Assembly: GCA_964448115.1 (NCBI GenBank)
Contig: CAYUVA010000032.1
Span: 1-54,655 of the forward strand
Length of the DNA: 54,655 bases
Origin: an uncultured bacterium
Lineage (GTDB): Bacteria > CAYUVA01
Direction: 5' to 3'
The notes beneath the pieces are model-generated. The model was given only the letters and a program-made list of their open reading frames with translations. It was not told the DNA's origin and did no database searches. Position 1 is the stretch's first letter. Every line of letters starts with the position of its first letter. The position numbers and the translations under genes were made by a program. This document shows positions 39,589 through 49,934 of this stretch, one piece after another.

Positions 39589-41931
39589 ATGCTAAAGACC
39601 ATAGACCGCTACATACTGAAGGAGATCATCCCCTTGTTCATTATCGGTGTGGTCATGTTCACCTTCTTCTTGCTGACCCAGTCGATAATCAAGTCTTTAG
39701 ATCTGTTCATAAACCGTGGCGTCGGCTTGGGGGCTATCTTGCATTTCCAATTATTGGCATTACCTTGGATACTTGTATTGACCATTCCGATGAGCGTCCT
39801 GCTGAGCATCCTTTTAGCCTTCAGCAGGTTCAGCTCCGACAGCGAGATCATCGCCTTCAAGGCTAACGGGATAAGCCTGCTAAGACTCTACAAGCCGGTG
39901 CTTGCCTTTGGTTTGGCAACCTGGCTGATCACCCTATTCATCTTTATGTATTTGCTACCTAGCAGCAACCATAGTTTACGCAAGTTTAGGGTCGCACTGG
40001 TTCGCAGCCGAGCAAATGTTGGCATCAAGCCTTATGTCTTCAACCAGGAATTTCAGGACATTGTTCTATATGTCGATGGCATGAGCCATGATAGCATCAC
40101 GCTCAAGAATATCTTTCTTTACGATGAGCGGGATGCTCAAAATCCAAAGGTCATAGTAGCACGGGAGGCTGAGAAGTTCTTCAACACCGAGACCAACAAG
40201 GTAACCATGCGACTTAGAGACGGCGCCATTCACCTTATCCCCGCCGATAGCGAAAATAAGTACATCATTGATCGCTTCCAGCTCAATGAGATAAACCTCA
40301 CCGATGCAATACTTAGGGATATCGATGTGCCCAAGGGGGACAGGGACAAGACGGTAGGAGAGCTGCTTCAAACCATAAAGGAACGCGCCGCCAAGGGATT
40401 CAACACGAATCCGCAGTGGGTGGAGCTGCACAAGAAGTTCTCCATACCCTTTGCCTGCCTCGTCTTTACCTTGGTAGGGCTTCCCTTGGGGATTACTAGC
40501 CGGCGCGGAGGCAAAAGCAGCGGATTTGCTCTAAGCATGTTGCTTTACTCCGTGTATTACTTTTTCCTGACCGGTGGTGAGGGAGTCGGGGATTCGGGCA
40601 AGATACCGCCAGCGATCGCTATCTGGTCGCCGAATATTTTTCTTGGCTTGATCGGGCTGTATATCTTCGTAAAGATTGCCAAAGAAAAACCATTCAAATG
40701 GGTTAACTATATTATTTATCGCATAACATCGGTTGGAGCTAAAATTAAAATATTGATAAATAAAACATATAGTAGCTTTCATGCCAACGAGCGACATAGG
40801 GAGCATGATCACCTTGCGATAAGCTCCCGCAAGGCTGGCTTCTTTCCCAACATAATAGATCGTTATGTAAGCAGAGAGTTTCTGAAGCTATTTGCTGCCA
40901 CCTTGTTTATTTATTTTATACTGGCAATGATTATCCACTTCTCTGAGAAGGTCGATGATTTCCAGGAACACGGCGCATCGATCCTTGATGCCATCAAGTA
41001 TCTTGTTTACAAGGTGCTATATTTCACTTCCTTTGCTATCCATTATTCAGTGCTGTTAGCCAGTCTTTTGGCCCTAGGCTCTTTTAATAAGAACAACGAG
41101 CTGACTGCAATCAAGACCAGCGGCGTCAGCTTATACAGAACCGTGTTACCAATAATCATGCTTGCCGGATTGATCGGCGGTCTTTATTTTGCCTTCAACG
41201 AGAAGATCATCCCCATAACCCAGGAACGAGCATCTTACATCCTGGATACCAAGATCAAGGGTAAGCCTCCGCGCAGCTTCTTCGCCCAGAATAGACGATG
41301 GTTCAAGGGAAAAGGAAACAAGATCTTTTACTATCTTTCATTCAATCCGACCAAGAAGATGATGAGCGGATTCTCATTCTTTGAGTTCTATCCTGATATG
41401 ACGATCAAGAAACGCGTTGAAGCGAATAATCTTATCTGGGAGCAAGATAATTGGTACTTCCTGGATGGAAGAGAGATAAAGTTCGACAAAAACGGAGCAA
41501 TAATCGAGGATTCAACATTTGATAAAAAGCCCTGCCATATCGAGGAAACCCCAAGAGACTTCAACCAGGAGAGAAAGGAGTCCGAGGAGATGAATTATCG
41601 CGAGTTGAAGGAATATATCCAAGTCCTTACCGAGAGCGGATACGATGCGACTCCCTTCGTTGTTGATCTGCACCAGAAGATCTCCTTTTGCTTCCTCAGC
41701 CTTATCCTAGCCATCACCGCAGTACCATTTGCCACTCGACACAACCGGCTGAGCAATCCACTGGTGGGAGTCGGGATAAGCTTAGGCATCGCTATCGTCT
41801 ATTTCATCATCTACCGATTGCTGATAGAGTACGGCCATGGCGGATTGATCTCACCGACAATCGCAGCCTGGGGGGCAAATGTATTGTTCTTGGCAATCGG
41901 CTTGGTGCTTTTCTTCAAAACGCCTACCTAG
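39589..41931 (+). CDS. lptFG: Fused LPS export ABC transporter permease LptF-LptG
   Basis: Two tandem YjgP/YjgQ units (IDRYI...DSEIIAFKANGIS and IIDRYV...NNELTAIKTSGVS). Confidence 0.88.
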   Translation: MLKTIDRYILKEIIPLFIIGVVMFTFFLLTQSIIKSLDLFINRGVGLGAILHFQLLALPWILVLTIPMSVLLSILLAFSRFSSDSEIIAFKANGISLLRLYKPVLAFGLATWLITLFIFMYLLPSSNHSLRKFRVALVRSRANVGIKPYVFNQEFQDIVLYVDGMSHDSITLKNIFLYDERDAQNPKVIVAREAEKFFNTETNKVTMRLRDGAIHLIPADSENKYIIDRFQLNEINLTDAILRDIDVPKGDRDKTVGELLQTIKERAAKGFNTNPQWVELHKKFSIPFACLVFTLVGLPLGITSRRGGKSSGFALSMLLYSVYYFFLTGGEGVGDSGKIPPAIAIWSPNIFLGLIGLYIFVKIAKEKPFKWVNYIIYRITSVGAKIKILINKTYSSFHANERHREHDHLAISSRKAGFFPNIIDRYVSREFLKLFAATLFIYFILAMIIHFSEKVDDFQEHGASILDAIKYLVYKVLYFTSFAIHYSVLLASLLALGSFNKNNELTAIKTSGVSLYRTVLPIIMLAGLIGGLYFAFNEKIIPITQERASYILDTKIKGKPPRSFFAQNRRWFKGKGNKIFYYLSFNPTKKMMSGFSFFEFYPDMTIKKRVEANNLIWEQDNWYFLDGREIKFDKNGAIIEDSTFDKKPCHIEETPRDFNQERKESEEMNYRELKEYIQVLTESGYDATPFVVDLHQKISFCFLSLILAITAVPFATRHNRLSNPLVGVGISLGIAIVYFIIYRLLIEYGHGGLISPTIAAWGANVLFLAIGLVLFFKTPT

Positions 41932-42014
41932 GCAACAAGGACCTTGACCGTAGGCAGAAAAGAGATATCCTTGATGCTCGTTAAGGAACAACCTCAGAAT
42001 AAACGGCGGGTAAA

Positions 42015-43334
42015 ATGATAAAAGAGATACTACTGGAGAAGATCGAAAAAGGCGGGGCTAGGGCTGGAGTCATCGGGCTGGGATATGTAGGATTGCCGCT
42101 GCTTTCATGCATCCTACAATCCGGCTTCTCAGCCACCGGCTTCGATATAGACCCGGAAAAAGTCAGGTCGCTAAATCAAGCAACCCCTTACCTGAAAAAT
42201 ATAGATATCAGCGCCATTACAAAGGGCTTGAAGCAAAATCGAGTAATCATTACCAGCGACTTTGATCTGCTAACCGATGTCGATATCATCTGCATCTGCG
42301 TCCCCACGCCCCTGAACCATCGCCAGGAGCCGGATATGACTTATGTTGAGCAGACCATGCAGGCGATCTTAGCAAGGCTTCGCAAGGGACAGGCTGTGAC
42401 CCTTCAAAGCACTACCTATCCAGGCACCACCGAGGAATTGTGCCTTGGTATCCTAAGTCAAAGCGGGCTTGAGGTCGGATGCGACTACTTCTTGGGATTC
42501 TCACCGGAGCGTGAAGACCCCGGCAACAAGAGCTTCTCTACCAGCAACATCCCTCGGATAATAAGCGGAGTTACCAACAATTGCCTGGAGGTAATCGAGA
42601 GTTTCTACAGGCGCATCGTTTCTTCGGTAGTCCCGGTCTCCTCACCTCGCACAGCCGAGATGGCAAAGCTCTTGGAGAACATCTATCGCAGCGTGAACAT
42701 TGCCCTGGTCAACGAGATGAAGTTGATCTGCGACCGGATGGGTGTCGATATCTGGGAGGTAATCGAGGCTGCCTCAAGCAAACCGTTCGGGTTCACTCCC
42801 TTTTATCCGGGTCCCGGCTGGGGGGGACACTGCATCCCCATCGACCCATTCTATCTCTCTTGGGCTGCAAAGGAATATGGCGTGCAGACTCGCTTCATCG
42901 AGCTTGCCGGCGAGGTCAATACAAGTATGCCTCTTTTCGTGTTCGAGAAGGTTATGCGAGCACTTAATATTTCGGGTAAAAGCCTGAAAGGAAGCAGGCT
43001 GCTGATCATCGGCATCGCCTATAAGAGGGATATCGATGATATGAGGGAGTCGCCGGCGCTTCGCATCATCAGCCTGCTACAAGAATACGGTTGCAAGGTC
43101 GATTACCACGATGATTACCTACCCGTGATGCCAAAACTTAGGGATTTTGACCTCAAGATGCGATCTGTGGAATTGAGCGTAGAATCGTTGCGACAATACG
43201 ATGGCGTAGTCATCACCACCGATCATACTTACATTGACTACCAGAAAGTGGTTGATAATGCACGCTTCGTGGTAGATACTCGGAACGCCTGCCGCAACTG
43301 CCAGGATCCCATGGGCAAGGTCATCAAGGCGTAA
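42015..43334 (+). CDS. Nucleotide-sugar dehydrogenase (UDP-GlcNAc/UDP-ManNAc 6-dehydrogenase family)
   Basis: GLGYVGLP, CVPTP, STTYPGTT, SPEREDPG, GGHCIPIDP, DMRESP. Confidence 0.92.
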   Translation: MIKEILLEKIEKGGARAGVIGLGYVGLPLLSCILQSGFSATGFDIDPEKVRSLNQATPYLKNIDISAITKGLKQNRVIITSDFDLLTDVDIICICVPTPLNHRQEPDMTYVEQTMQAILARLRKGQAVTLQSTTYPGTTEELCLGILSQSGLEVGCDYFLGFSPEREDPGNKSFSTSNIPRIISGVTNNCLEVIESFYRRIVSSVVPVSSPRTAEMAKLLENIYRSVNIALVNEMKLICDRMGVDIWEVIEAASSKPFGFTPFYPGPGWGGHCIPIDPFYLSWAAKEYGVQTRFIELAGEVNTSMPLFVFEKVMRALNISGKSLKGSRLLIIGIAYKRDIDDMRESPALRIISLLQEYGCKVDYHDDYLPVMPKLRDFDLKMRSVELSVESLRQYDGVVITTDHTYIDYQKVVDNARFVVDTRNACRNCQDPMGKVIKA

Positions 43335-43340
43335 GATGTG

Positions 43341-43371
43341 AAAAAGAAAAGACACACCCCGCTGGGCGGGG
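43341..43371 (-). terminator. Probable intrinsic terminator downstream of pruA
   Basis: Stem CCCCGC/GCGGGG (43357-43371) followed on the minus strand by a T-rich tract; between convergent genes. Confidence 0.45.
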
Positions 43372-43445
43372 GCAGGGGGAGGGTCTAGTCAAGTGGTGTA
43401 ATCCTTAATGTAATGAGGAGATACCGTGATAGCCTAAGAATAGCT

Positions 43446-45080
43446 TTATTCTTCTTCCATGAACGGGTATCTATAGTCGCGTGGTGGATTGAAGTTCTCC
43501 TTTATGGCTCGCGGTGTTACCCAGCGCAGCAGATTCAGATAGCTCCCAGCCTTGTCATTGGTGCCGGAAGCCCTGCTACCGCCAAAGGGCTGTTGCCCGA
43601 CCACTGCTCCGGTAGGCTTGTCGTTGATGTAGAAGTTGCCAGCAGTGTTGACCAGGTGCTCGGTTATCTTGACTATCGCCTTGCGATCCTGGGCGAATAC
43701 CGCGCCAGTCAAGCCATAGGGTGAACCTTTGTCGCAGATCTCAAGCGTCTCATCCAGCTTGGACTCATCATACAAGTATATGGTCAGCACCGGACCGAAG
43801 ATCTCCTCCTTGAGCAGCCTGAATTGGGGATCCTCGGTAATCACCACTGTTGGCTCGATAAAGTATCCGACCGAGTCATCACAGCCTCCACCGAAGATAA
43901 CCTCCCCATCACTGGACGCCTTGGCATAGTCGATGTATTCTTTGATGCTATCAAAGGCATTGCGGTCTATTACCGCCCCCATGAAGATGGTGAAGTCGGT
44001 TATATCCCCCATCTTTACCGTCTTCAGCTCATCGAGCAGCCTTTCCTTGAACTTGCCCCACAGGCTTTTGGGCAAGAAGAGGCGGCTCGCTGCCGAGCAC
44101 TTCTGCCCCTGGTATTCGTAAGCTCCGCGAATGGTGTTGGCCACCAGTGCTTCGAGGTCTGCCGATGCATGTGCAAAGATGAAATCCTTGCCCCCGGTCT
44201 CGCCGACTATGCGTGGATAGCACTTGTAGCGATCGATGTTTTCCCCGATCTTGCGCCACATTCCCTGAAAGACCTCGGTTGAGCCGGTGAAGTGGCAGCC
44301 GGCAAAGTCAGGATGGGAAATTGCCGGGTCTCCGACCTGTCCTCCAGAGCCTGGCACCATGTTGATTACGCCATCGGGCAGCCCGGCTTCTCTGAGGATC
44401 TGCATGAAGTAGTATGCGAAGTAAACCGCCGAGGATGCCGGTTTCCAGATAACTACATTGCCCATCATTGCTGGCGAGGTCGGAAGGTTGCCGGCTATGG
44501 ATGCGAAATTGAAGGGGGTTACAGCGAAGATGAATCCCTCAAGCGGGCGATGCTCCAGGTAATTCCAGGTGCCGGTTACGCTAATCGGCGGTTGCTCGCT
44601 GTAGATTTGCCCCATGTAGTATGGATTGAAACGCAGAAAATCTATCAATTCACACGCAGAGTCGATCTCCGCCTGGTGCACAGTTTTGCTTTGTCCAAGC
44701 ATACAGGCTGCATTGGCGACGAATCTATACTTGGTTGCCAGCAGCTCACCCGCCTTCAGGAAGATGGAGGCGCGGTGATGCCAGGGCATGGCAGCCCATT
44801 CCTTGGCTACCCGCATGGCAGCCTCGGCAGCCATATTCACCTGCTCCGCGCCAGCCTTGTGATAGACACCGAGCTGGTGCCTGTGGTTATGGGGCATAAC
44901 GCACTTGCCGAGGTTGCCGGTGGTAACCTCCCTGCCGCCGATGTAAAGCGGGATCTCAACTTGTTTTGAGGATAGCTCCCTCAGAGCGCTTTTTAGCTTC
45001 TTCTTTTCGCTCGAGCCGGGTAGATAGCCGAATATCGGTTCATTCTTCGGCTCTGGAACCTTGAATAAAGCCTCGTTCAT
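43446..45080 (-). CDS. pruA: L-glutamate gamma-semialdehyde (P5C) dehydrogenase
   Basis: QAEIDSACELIDFLRFN, PFNF, FTGST, GETGGKDF, EYQGQKCSA, EEIFGP, QPFGGSRASGTNDKAG. Confidence 0.95.
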   Translation of the reverse strand: MNEALFKVPEPKNEPIFGYLPGSSEKKKLKSALRELSSKQVEIPLYIGGREVTTGNLGKCVMPHNHRHQLGVYHKAGAEQVNMAAEAAMRVAKEWAAMPWHHRASIFLKAGELLATKYRFVANAACMLGQSKTVHQAEIDSACELIDFLRFNPYYMGQIYSEQPPISVTGTWNYLEHRPLEGFIFAVTPFNFASIAGNLPTSPAMMGNVVIWKPASSAVYFAYYFMQILREAGLPDGVINMVPGSGGQVGDPAISHPDFAGCHFTGSTEVFQGMWRKIGENIDRYKCYPRIVGETGGKDFIFAHASADLEALVANTIRGAYEYQGQKCSAASRLFLPKSLWGKFKERLLDELKTVKMGDITDFTIFMGAVIDRNAFDSIKEYIDYAKASSDGEVIFGGGCDDSVGYFIEPTVVITEDPQFRLLKEEIFGPVLTIYLYDESKLDETLEICDKGSPYGLTGAVFAQDRKAIVKITEHLVNTAGNFYINDKPTGAVVGQQPFGGSRASGTNDKAGSYLNLLRWVTPRAIKENFNPPRDYRYPFMEEE

Positions 45081-45309
45081 TTCTTTATTCCTCCCAGGTT
45101 TTTATGTTTCCAATTCATTAGTCGCGGGATACGATCCCAGATGAAAGCATTGCTTAATATATCATATTCCCAACATATTTGCATACACCTCAACACGCAC
45201 AGGTATATCGACTCAAGTACGAATTATCGAGATCTCTTTCAATAATTGCAGGGATCTTTTTAATTGCCTCTGATACCTGCAAGCCTATCGATTTATACCA
45301 GGGGTATAG

Positions 45310-47406
45310 TCAGTACAGGATTACCCTTCCGAGTTGGTAGATTATGGTAGTCAACACGAAGCCGATGAAAGTAAGCCCACCCCACTGCAATATAGCCCAC
45401 CTGAATCCGCCAGACTCATAGCGTGTAATTGCAAATGTTGCCATGCAGGGAGTGGCAATGAGGGCAAATATCAAAATGCAAAAGCCAACCAACGGATTAT
45501 AAGTATTACGAAGCGTCTCACGAAGCCCTTTGCCAGATCTTTCATCGGTTTCGCCTAACGAAAAGACGATACCAAACTGTGCCACGAAGACCTCCTTGGC
45601 AGCAAATGAGCCCAAAAAAGCAGTGCCCAAGCGCCAATCAAATCCCATCAATGATATGATCGGCTCTATCGCTTTTCCTATGCGCCCGGCAAAGGAATAG
45701 GTCAACGATTCGGTAGCCCTGGCTTTTTCCAACTCGGTTTCACTGAGATAATTGGCAGCACTATCAACCTCGAACTCTGTTTTCTGCGGATAGGAGCTTA
45801 GGAACCATAATATGATGCTTATTCCAAGAATGATAGTACCCGCCTTTTTCAGGTACATCCAGGCGCGCTGCCAGGCGTGATGAAACAATCCCTGCCAGGT
45901 GGGAAACCTATATGGCGGAAGCTCCATTACGAACGGTGCATCATCGCCGACTAACACGGTTTTTCGCAGTATTTTTATGATAACTACCGCGGCTGCAATC
46001 CCTACTAGGTATATTAAGTACATCATCGGCGCATGGAGTTTTGGCGGGAAAAAGGCTGGAATGATAAGCAGGTAGATGGGCAGCCTCGCTCCGCAACTGA
46101 CCAGCGGCAGCGCTAGCATCACCGCCAGACGATCACGGCGATTCTCCAGGGAGCGAGTTGCCATTATTGCTGGCACCGTACAGCCGAACCCGATGAGCAT
46201 TGGAATGAAACTCTTACCATGCAGTCCTATCTTGTGCATGAATTTGTCCATGATAAAGGCAGCGCGTGCCATATAGCCTGTATCTTCAAGGATGGAGATA
46301 CCTAAAAATAACAGCATGATATTGGGGAGAAAGACCAGAACCCCACCTACTCCACCGATAATACCGTCAACGATAAGCGAATGAAGCCAAGAAAGCTCGC
46401 TAAAGCGCCAGCCTAGGCTTATCGCACCAGCGAGCCAGGCGAAGAAGTCCTCGATCCATCCCATGGGGATATTGCCGATGGTAAAGACGATCCAAAACAA
46501 AAGATACATGGCGCCAAAGAAAATAGGAAATGCTGCGAAGCGATTGAGAAGTACTTTATCTATCCGCTCTGTAAGGTTTACTCTATCGCTCTTGGGAATC
46601 CTCTTGGTGCATTCGCGGATCAAACCATTGGCGAAGCCGAACCTAGCATCGGCGATGAGCAACGCAGGATCAACATTATGAATTCGTCTTATGTATTGCT
46701 CCCTTTTTTGCACCTCATCAAGCAATATTTCGCCTTTATCGGTTCTCTTGGCTAAATTGATAAACTCCTCGTCTCCCTCCAGTATCTTTGTCGCTATATA
46801 TCGTGCGTTGTAGTTGCTGGTCATCTTATCGGGTACAAGTTTGCTCAATACGGAGATCGCCTCTTCGATCTCGGCAGGGAAAAAGTAACATCTGGGGCGG
46901 CTTCGATTCTCCACGGCGTGAAGAATCGCCTCTTTGAGCTTGGGGATGCCGATTCCTCTATGTCCGATGGTGGTTACTGCCTGAGCCTGGCAACGAGCAG
47001 AGATGCATTCAGTGTCCAGGGTTTCGCCACGCTGCTCAAGCTCATCTATCATATTGAAGACCAGCACCAGATTCGCCCCCAGAGCCATGAGTTGGCAGGT
47101 GAGATAAAGGTTACGCTCCATGTTAGAGGAATCGATTATATCGAGCACAACATCAGGTTTTTCCTCGACTATATATCGGCGGGCAATCCTTTCCTCCTCA
47201 GAGTAGGCAGTGAGGCTGTAAGTGCCGGGGAGATCCACCATCTTTAAGCGATATTCTCCCCATTTCACCATGGAGCTTTTGATCTCCACGGTAACCCCTG
47301 GATAATTGCCTACATGCTGGGTTGCGCCTGCTAAAGCATTGAAGATGCAGGTTTTGCCAGCGTTCGGATTACCAGCTACTGCAACATGGATGATTTTATC
47401 TTTCAT
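45310..47406 (-). CDS. feoB: Ferrous iron transport protein B
   Basis: GNPNAGKT, VGNYPGVTVE, DLPGTYSL, GFGCTVPA, SCGARLP, MELPPYR. Confidence 0.96.
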   Translation of the reverse strand: MKDKIIHVAVAGNPNAGKTCIFNALAGATQHVGNYPGVTVEIKSSMVKWGEYRLKMVDLPGTYSLTAYSEEERIARRYIVEEKPDVVLDIIDSSNMERNLYLTCQLMALGANLVLVFNMIDELEQRGETLDTECISARCQAQAVTTIGHRGIGIPKLKEAILHAVENRSRPRCYFFPAEIEEAISVLSKLVPDKMTSNYNARYIATKILEGDEEFINLAKRTDKGEILLDEVQKREQYIRRIHNVDPALLIADARFGFANGLIRECTKRIPKSDRVNLTERIDKVLLNRFAAFPIFFGAMYLLFWIVFTIGNIPMGWIEDFFAWLAGAISLGWRFSELSWLHSLIVDGIIGGVGGVLVFLPNIMLLFLGISILEDTGYMARAAFIMDKFMHKIGLHGKSFIPMLIGFGCTVPAIMATRSLENRRDRLAVMLALPLVSCGARLPIYLLIIPAFFPPKLHAPMMYLIYLVGIAAAVVIIKILRKTVLVGDDAPFVMELPPYRFPTWQGLFHHAWQRAWMYLKKAGTIILGISIILWFLSSYPQKTEFEVDSAANYLSETELEKARATESLTYSFAGRIGKAIEPIISLMGFDWRLGTAFLGSFAAKEVFVAQFGIVFSLGETDERSGKGLRETLRNTYNPLVGFCILIFALIATPCMATFAITRYESGGFRWAILQWGGLTFIGFVLTTIIYQLGRVILY

Positions 47407-47464
47407 ATTATTATCCTAACAGGCATTATACTAAGTATCTTGAGTTGCGCGGTCACTTGGCTTG

Positions 47465-48232
47465 TCATTTTATCCCGATAGCCTCTGCCTCTTCTTTGCG
47501 CAGCGTCAAGTAATATCCCTTGACCTTTACCTTTATCGGATCTCCAAAGGGAGCTGTTTGATCCATCTTAATTATAACATCGGGCAATATGCCCATATCG
47601 ATAAGTCTTTGGCGTATGGATCCTTTTGCATGAATGGCGAATACTCTTCCCTCTTCACCGGGCTTTAAGTCAAGCAGTGTTCTTTTATATTGTCTCCCCA
47701 GCTTCCTTCTCCACCGATGCCTTCCATCTCGCAGAGTACAGGGGTCTTCTTCAATGCAGACATGGTTGAAGGAGACATCCTCGTGGCTATGCGCAGCCTG
47801 GAACCATTTTGTAAACCTATTGAGCAGAGTAAGCTCGCCCCTGGGGCAAGACCTAATGAACTCAGTGAAACTAACCATGCGATCAAGGGTCTCAAGGCTC
47901 AAGTGGTGTTCTATAGCACAGGCATCCTCCTCGGCTATTTCACCGGGAACTAGAAGTATATCAGTCAAGAAGCGGGTGAGAAACTCATGCCTCAGCACCA
48001 TCCTTCTTGCCTGCTGTTCACCCTCAGCAGTAAACTCGATATATTCTCTAGCCTTGTAGTTGATAAGCCCTTCCTCGGCAAGCCGTTTCATAGCACCGTT
48101 CACGCTTGCCATACTTACGCCCTTCTCTTTGGCTATATCCTTGACTCGGGCGACCTTCTTTTCAGCTATTAGCCTGAAGATGATCTCCAGATAATCCCAG
48201 AGGCTTTCGGTTATCGAACTTGAGGCTTCCAT
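47465..48232 (-). CDS. DtxR/MntR-family metal-dependent repressor with C-terminal FeoA domain
   Basis: DYLE.I, ARVKDIA, RHE.L..FL, ACAIEHH; C-terminal RLIDMGI.P...APFGDP; SD AAGGAG before ATG at 48232. Confidence 0.88.
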   Translation of the reverse strand: MEASSSITESLWDYLEIIFRLIAEKKVARVKDIAKEKGVSMASVNGAMKRLAEEGLINYKAREYIEFTAEGEQQARRMVLRHEFLTRFLTDILLVPGEIAEEDACAIEHHLSLETLDRMVSFTEFIRSCPRGELTLLNRFTKWFQAAHSHEDVSFNHVCIEEDPCTLRDGRHRWRRKLGRQYKRTLLDLKPGEEGRVFAIHAKGSIRQRLIDMGILPDVIIKMDQTAPFGDPIKVKVKGYYLTLRKEEAEAIGIK

Positions 48233-48245
48233 GTTTCTCTCCTTG

Positions 48246-48286
48246 TTAGGCGAGACTAATTTAGTACGCATAATCTATTTTGTCAA
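48246..48286 (-). promoter_or_regulatory. Sigma-70 promoter (TTGACA-17-TAAATT) overlapped by a TTAG-N6-CTAA palindrome, candidate DtxR-family operator
   Basis: -35 at 48286-48281 and -10 at 48263-48258 on the minus strand; palindrome TTAGGCGAGACTAA at 48246-48259. Confidence 0.55.
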
Positions 48287-48347
48287 GGGGAATTATTTGC
48301 AAAAGTTGTCCTATGTTGATAATAGCTTAGTGTTTTAATCTAAAACA

Positions 48348-48923
48348 ATGGTCAAAAAAGAAATACTCCTATTGATCTTCCTCGCTGTTGCACTAGGTCT
48401 TGCTATGGCTATTTTCTTGCCCCAGACCATCCAATACACGGCAGCTCCCCAAATGAGGAGAGAAATGAATAGACAATTATCCTCAAGCGATGCAGAGCCC
48501 CAAAAACCCCATGCTGATGTCATGGAGATGATCGAGCAAAACAGGGACAATGCGGAGATGCTAATCCAGATCGGCAATATCCTTTTTGATCGCCATAAAT
48601 ATGAATCTGCCAGGATAGCCTACCAGGCTGCGCTTGAACATAAACCGAATGATCCTGATCTTCTTACTGACCTGGGCATCTGTTATCGAAACTTGGGGGA
48701 TCCTGAAAAAGGGGTGGAGATGATGAGGCTAGCTGCACAAGCCGATCCCAGACACGCATTGTCGCGACTGAACCTGGGCATCATACTTCAAGGGGATTTG
48801 AATGACAGTATCGGCGCTTTGGCTTACTACAAGGAGTTTCTCGCCATTGCACCGCAGCACTCGCACGCAGAGATGGTCAGACAGCGCATCGCCGAGATAG
48901 AAAGAATTATCGAAGGGAAATAG
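48348..48923 (+). CDS. Membrane-anchored TPR protein
   Basis: N-terminal hydrophobic helix followed by three TPRs (LTDLGICYR, LNLGII). Confidence 0.78.
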   Translation: MVKKEILLLIFLAVALGLAMAIFLPQTIQYTAAPQMRREMNRQLSSSDAEPQKPHADVMEMIEQNRDNAEMLIQIGNILFDRHKYESARIAYQAALEHKPNDPDLLTDLGICYRNLGDPEKGVEMMRLAAQADPRHALSRLNLGIILQGDLNDSIGALAYYKEFLAIAPQHSHAEMVRQRIAEIERIIEGK

Positions 48924-48972
48924 TTCTTTCATGAAATGAAGGGTATTAATCTAAGGACAAAAGAAATTACTT

Positions 48973-49902
48973 ATGAATTGGTGGTTTCGAGGGCTTGGTG
49001 TAGTCCTTTTTGTAATTATTCTGCTCAAACTCGATCTTACAGAGCTGCTTGACCTATACAGGTTGCTTGATATTGAGATCATCTCTTTCACTTTTTTGTT
49101 GGTCTTACTGGTCATCGCCTTGAAGGCTTGGCGATGGGCTTATCTCCTTGAGTTGCAGGGGATTAAGCTAGATTATATGACAGCCTTGCTCATCTATCTT
49201 GATGCCATCTATGTGGGGATAATTACACCGGGCAGGATCGGTGAGGCGGTCAAGGCTATCTACCTGAAGGAATCTAAGCAGGTTAGCTATCACAAAGGTT
49301 TTGTGAGCATTATATACGACCGAGGCTGGGACTTATTGAGCTTGTTCTTTTGCCTTTGGCTGGGGAGCATACTTATTGCACCAGTAGTCTCAGGTCTCTT
49401 GGCTATTGGCTCAAGCGCGCTTATGATGCCGATTCTTGCTATCCTTTTAGTCCCTAGATTACGCAGAGGATTTTTGAAAATCGTAATTAGACGCACTCCT
49501 TTCTCCGCCAAGCTGAGGTTAGAGGACCTGGTAGGTGAGATGTCGAAGATATGGTCGATAAAGCAGCTTATCCCTTTCGGATTGAGCCTGCTGGCATACC
49601 TGCTCACCTTCTGTATCGCTTATGTGCTACAGGCTATGCTTGGATACGATTTAGATTTTATTTTCGTCGCTGCGATTATCGCCCTTACCAATTTCTTCTC
49701 GCTGATACCGGTAACCATCTCGGGCATCGGACTGCGCGAGGCAGCATTAATCTGGTTCCTTGGCTACAAGGCGATCTCTGCGGAGAAGGCAGTCGCCTTG
49801 TCCATGCTAGTCTTTTTGACCTGCTATGTCGTGGTCTGGCTACTGGGAGCGATTGCCTGGCAGATCAAGCCGATTACCATGCTAAAAAAATCTGCTGAAT
49901 AA
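48973..49902 (+). CDS. Lysylphosphatidylglycerol synthase TM-domain (UPF0104/flippase-like) protein
   Basis: KAWRW, TPGRIGE.VKA.YL, DR..D, PVTISGIGLRE. Confidence 0.82.
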   Translation: MNWWFRGLGVVLFVIILLKLDLTELLDLYRLLDIEIISFTFLLVLLVIALKAWRWAYLLELQGIKLDYMTALLIYLDAIYVGIITPGRIGEAVKAIYLKESKQVSYHKGFVSIIYDRGWDLLSLFFCLWLGSILIAPVVSGLLAIGSSALMMPILAILLVPRLRRGFLKIVIRRTPFSAKLRLEDLVGEMSKIWSIKQLIPFGLSLLAYLLTFCIAYVLQAMLGYDLDFIFVAAIIALTNFFSLIPVTISGIGLREAALIWFLGYKAISAEKAVALSMLVFLTCYVVVWLLGAIAWQIKPITMLKKSAE

Positions 49903-49934
49903 TTGGAAAGGCGGGTTTGGAGCTTCATAAAAGC

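Noticed and set aside
44292-44969. 225-aa + strand ORF and other long antisense ORFs (e.g. 28625-29188, 12407-12907, 7818-8303)
   Set aside because: They lie wholly antisense to well-supported genes (pruA, aor, mfd, TPR lipoprotein) and show no motifs; shadow ORFs
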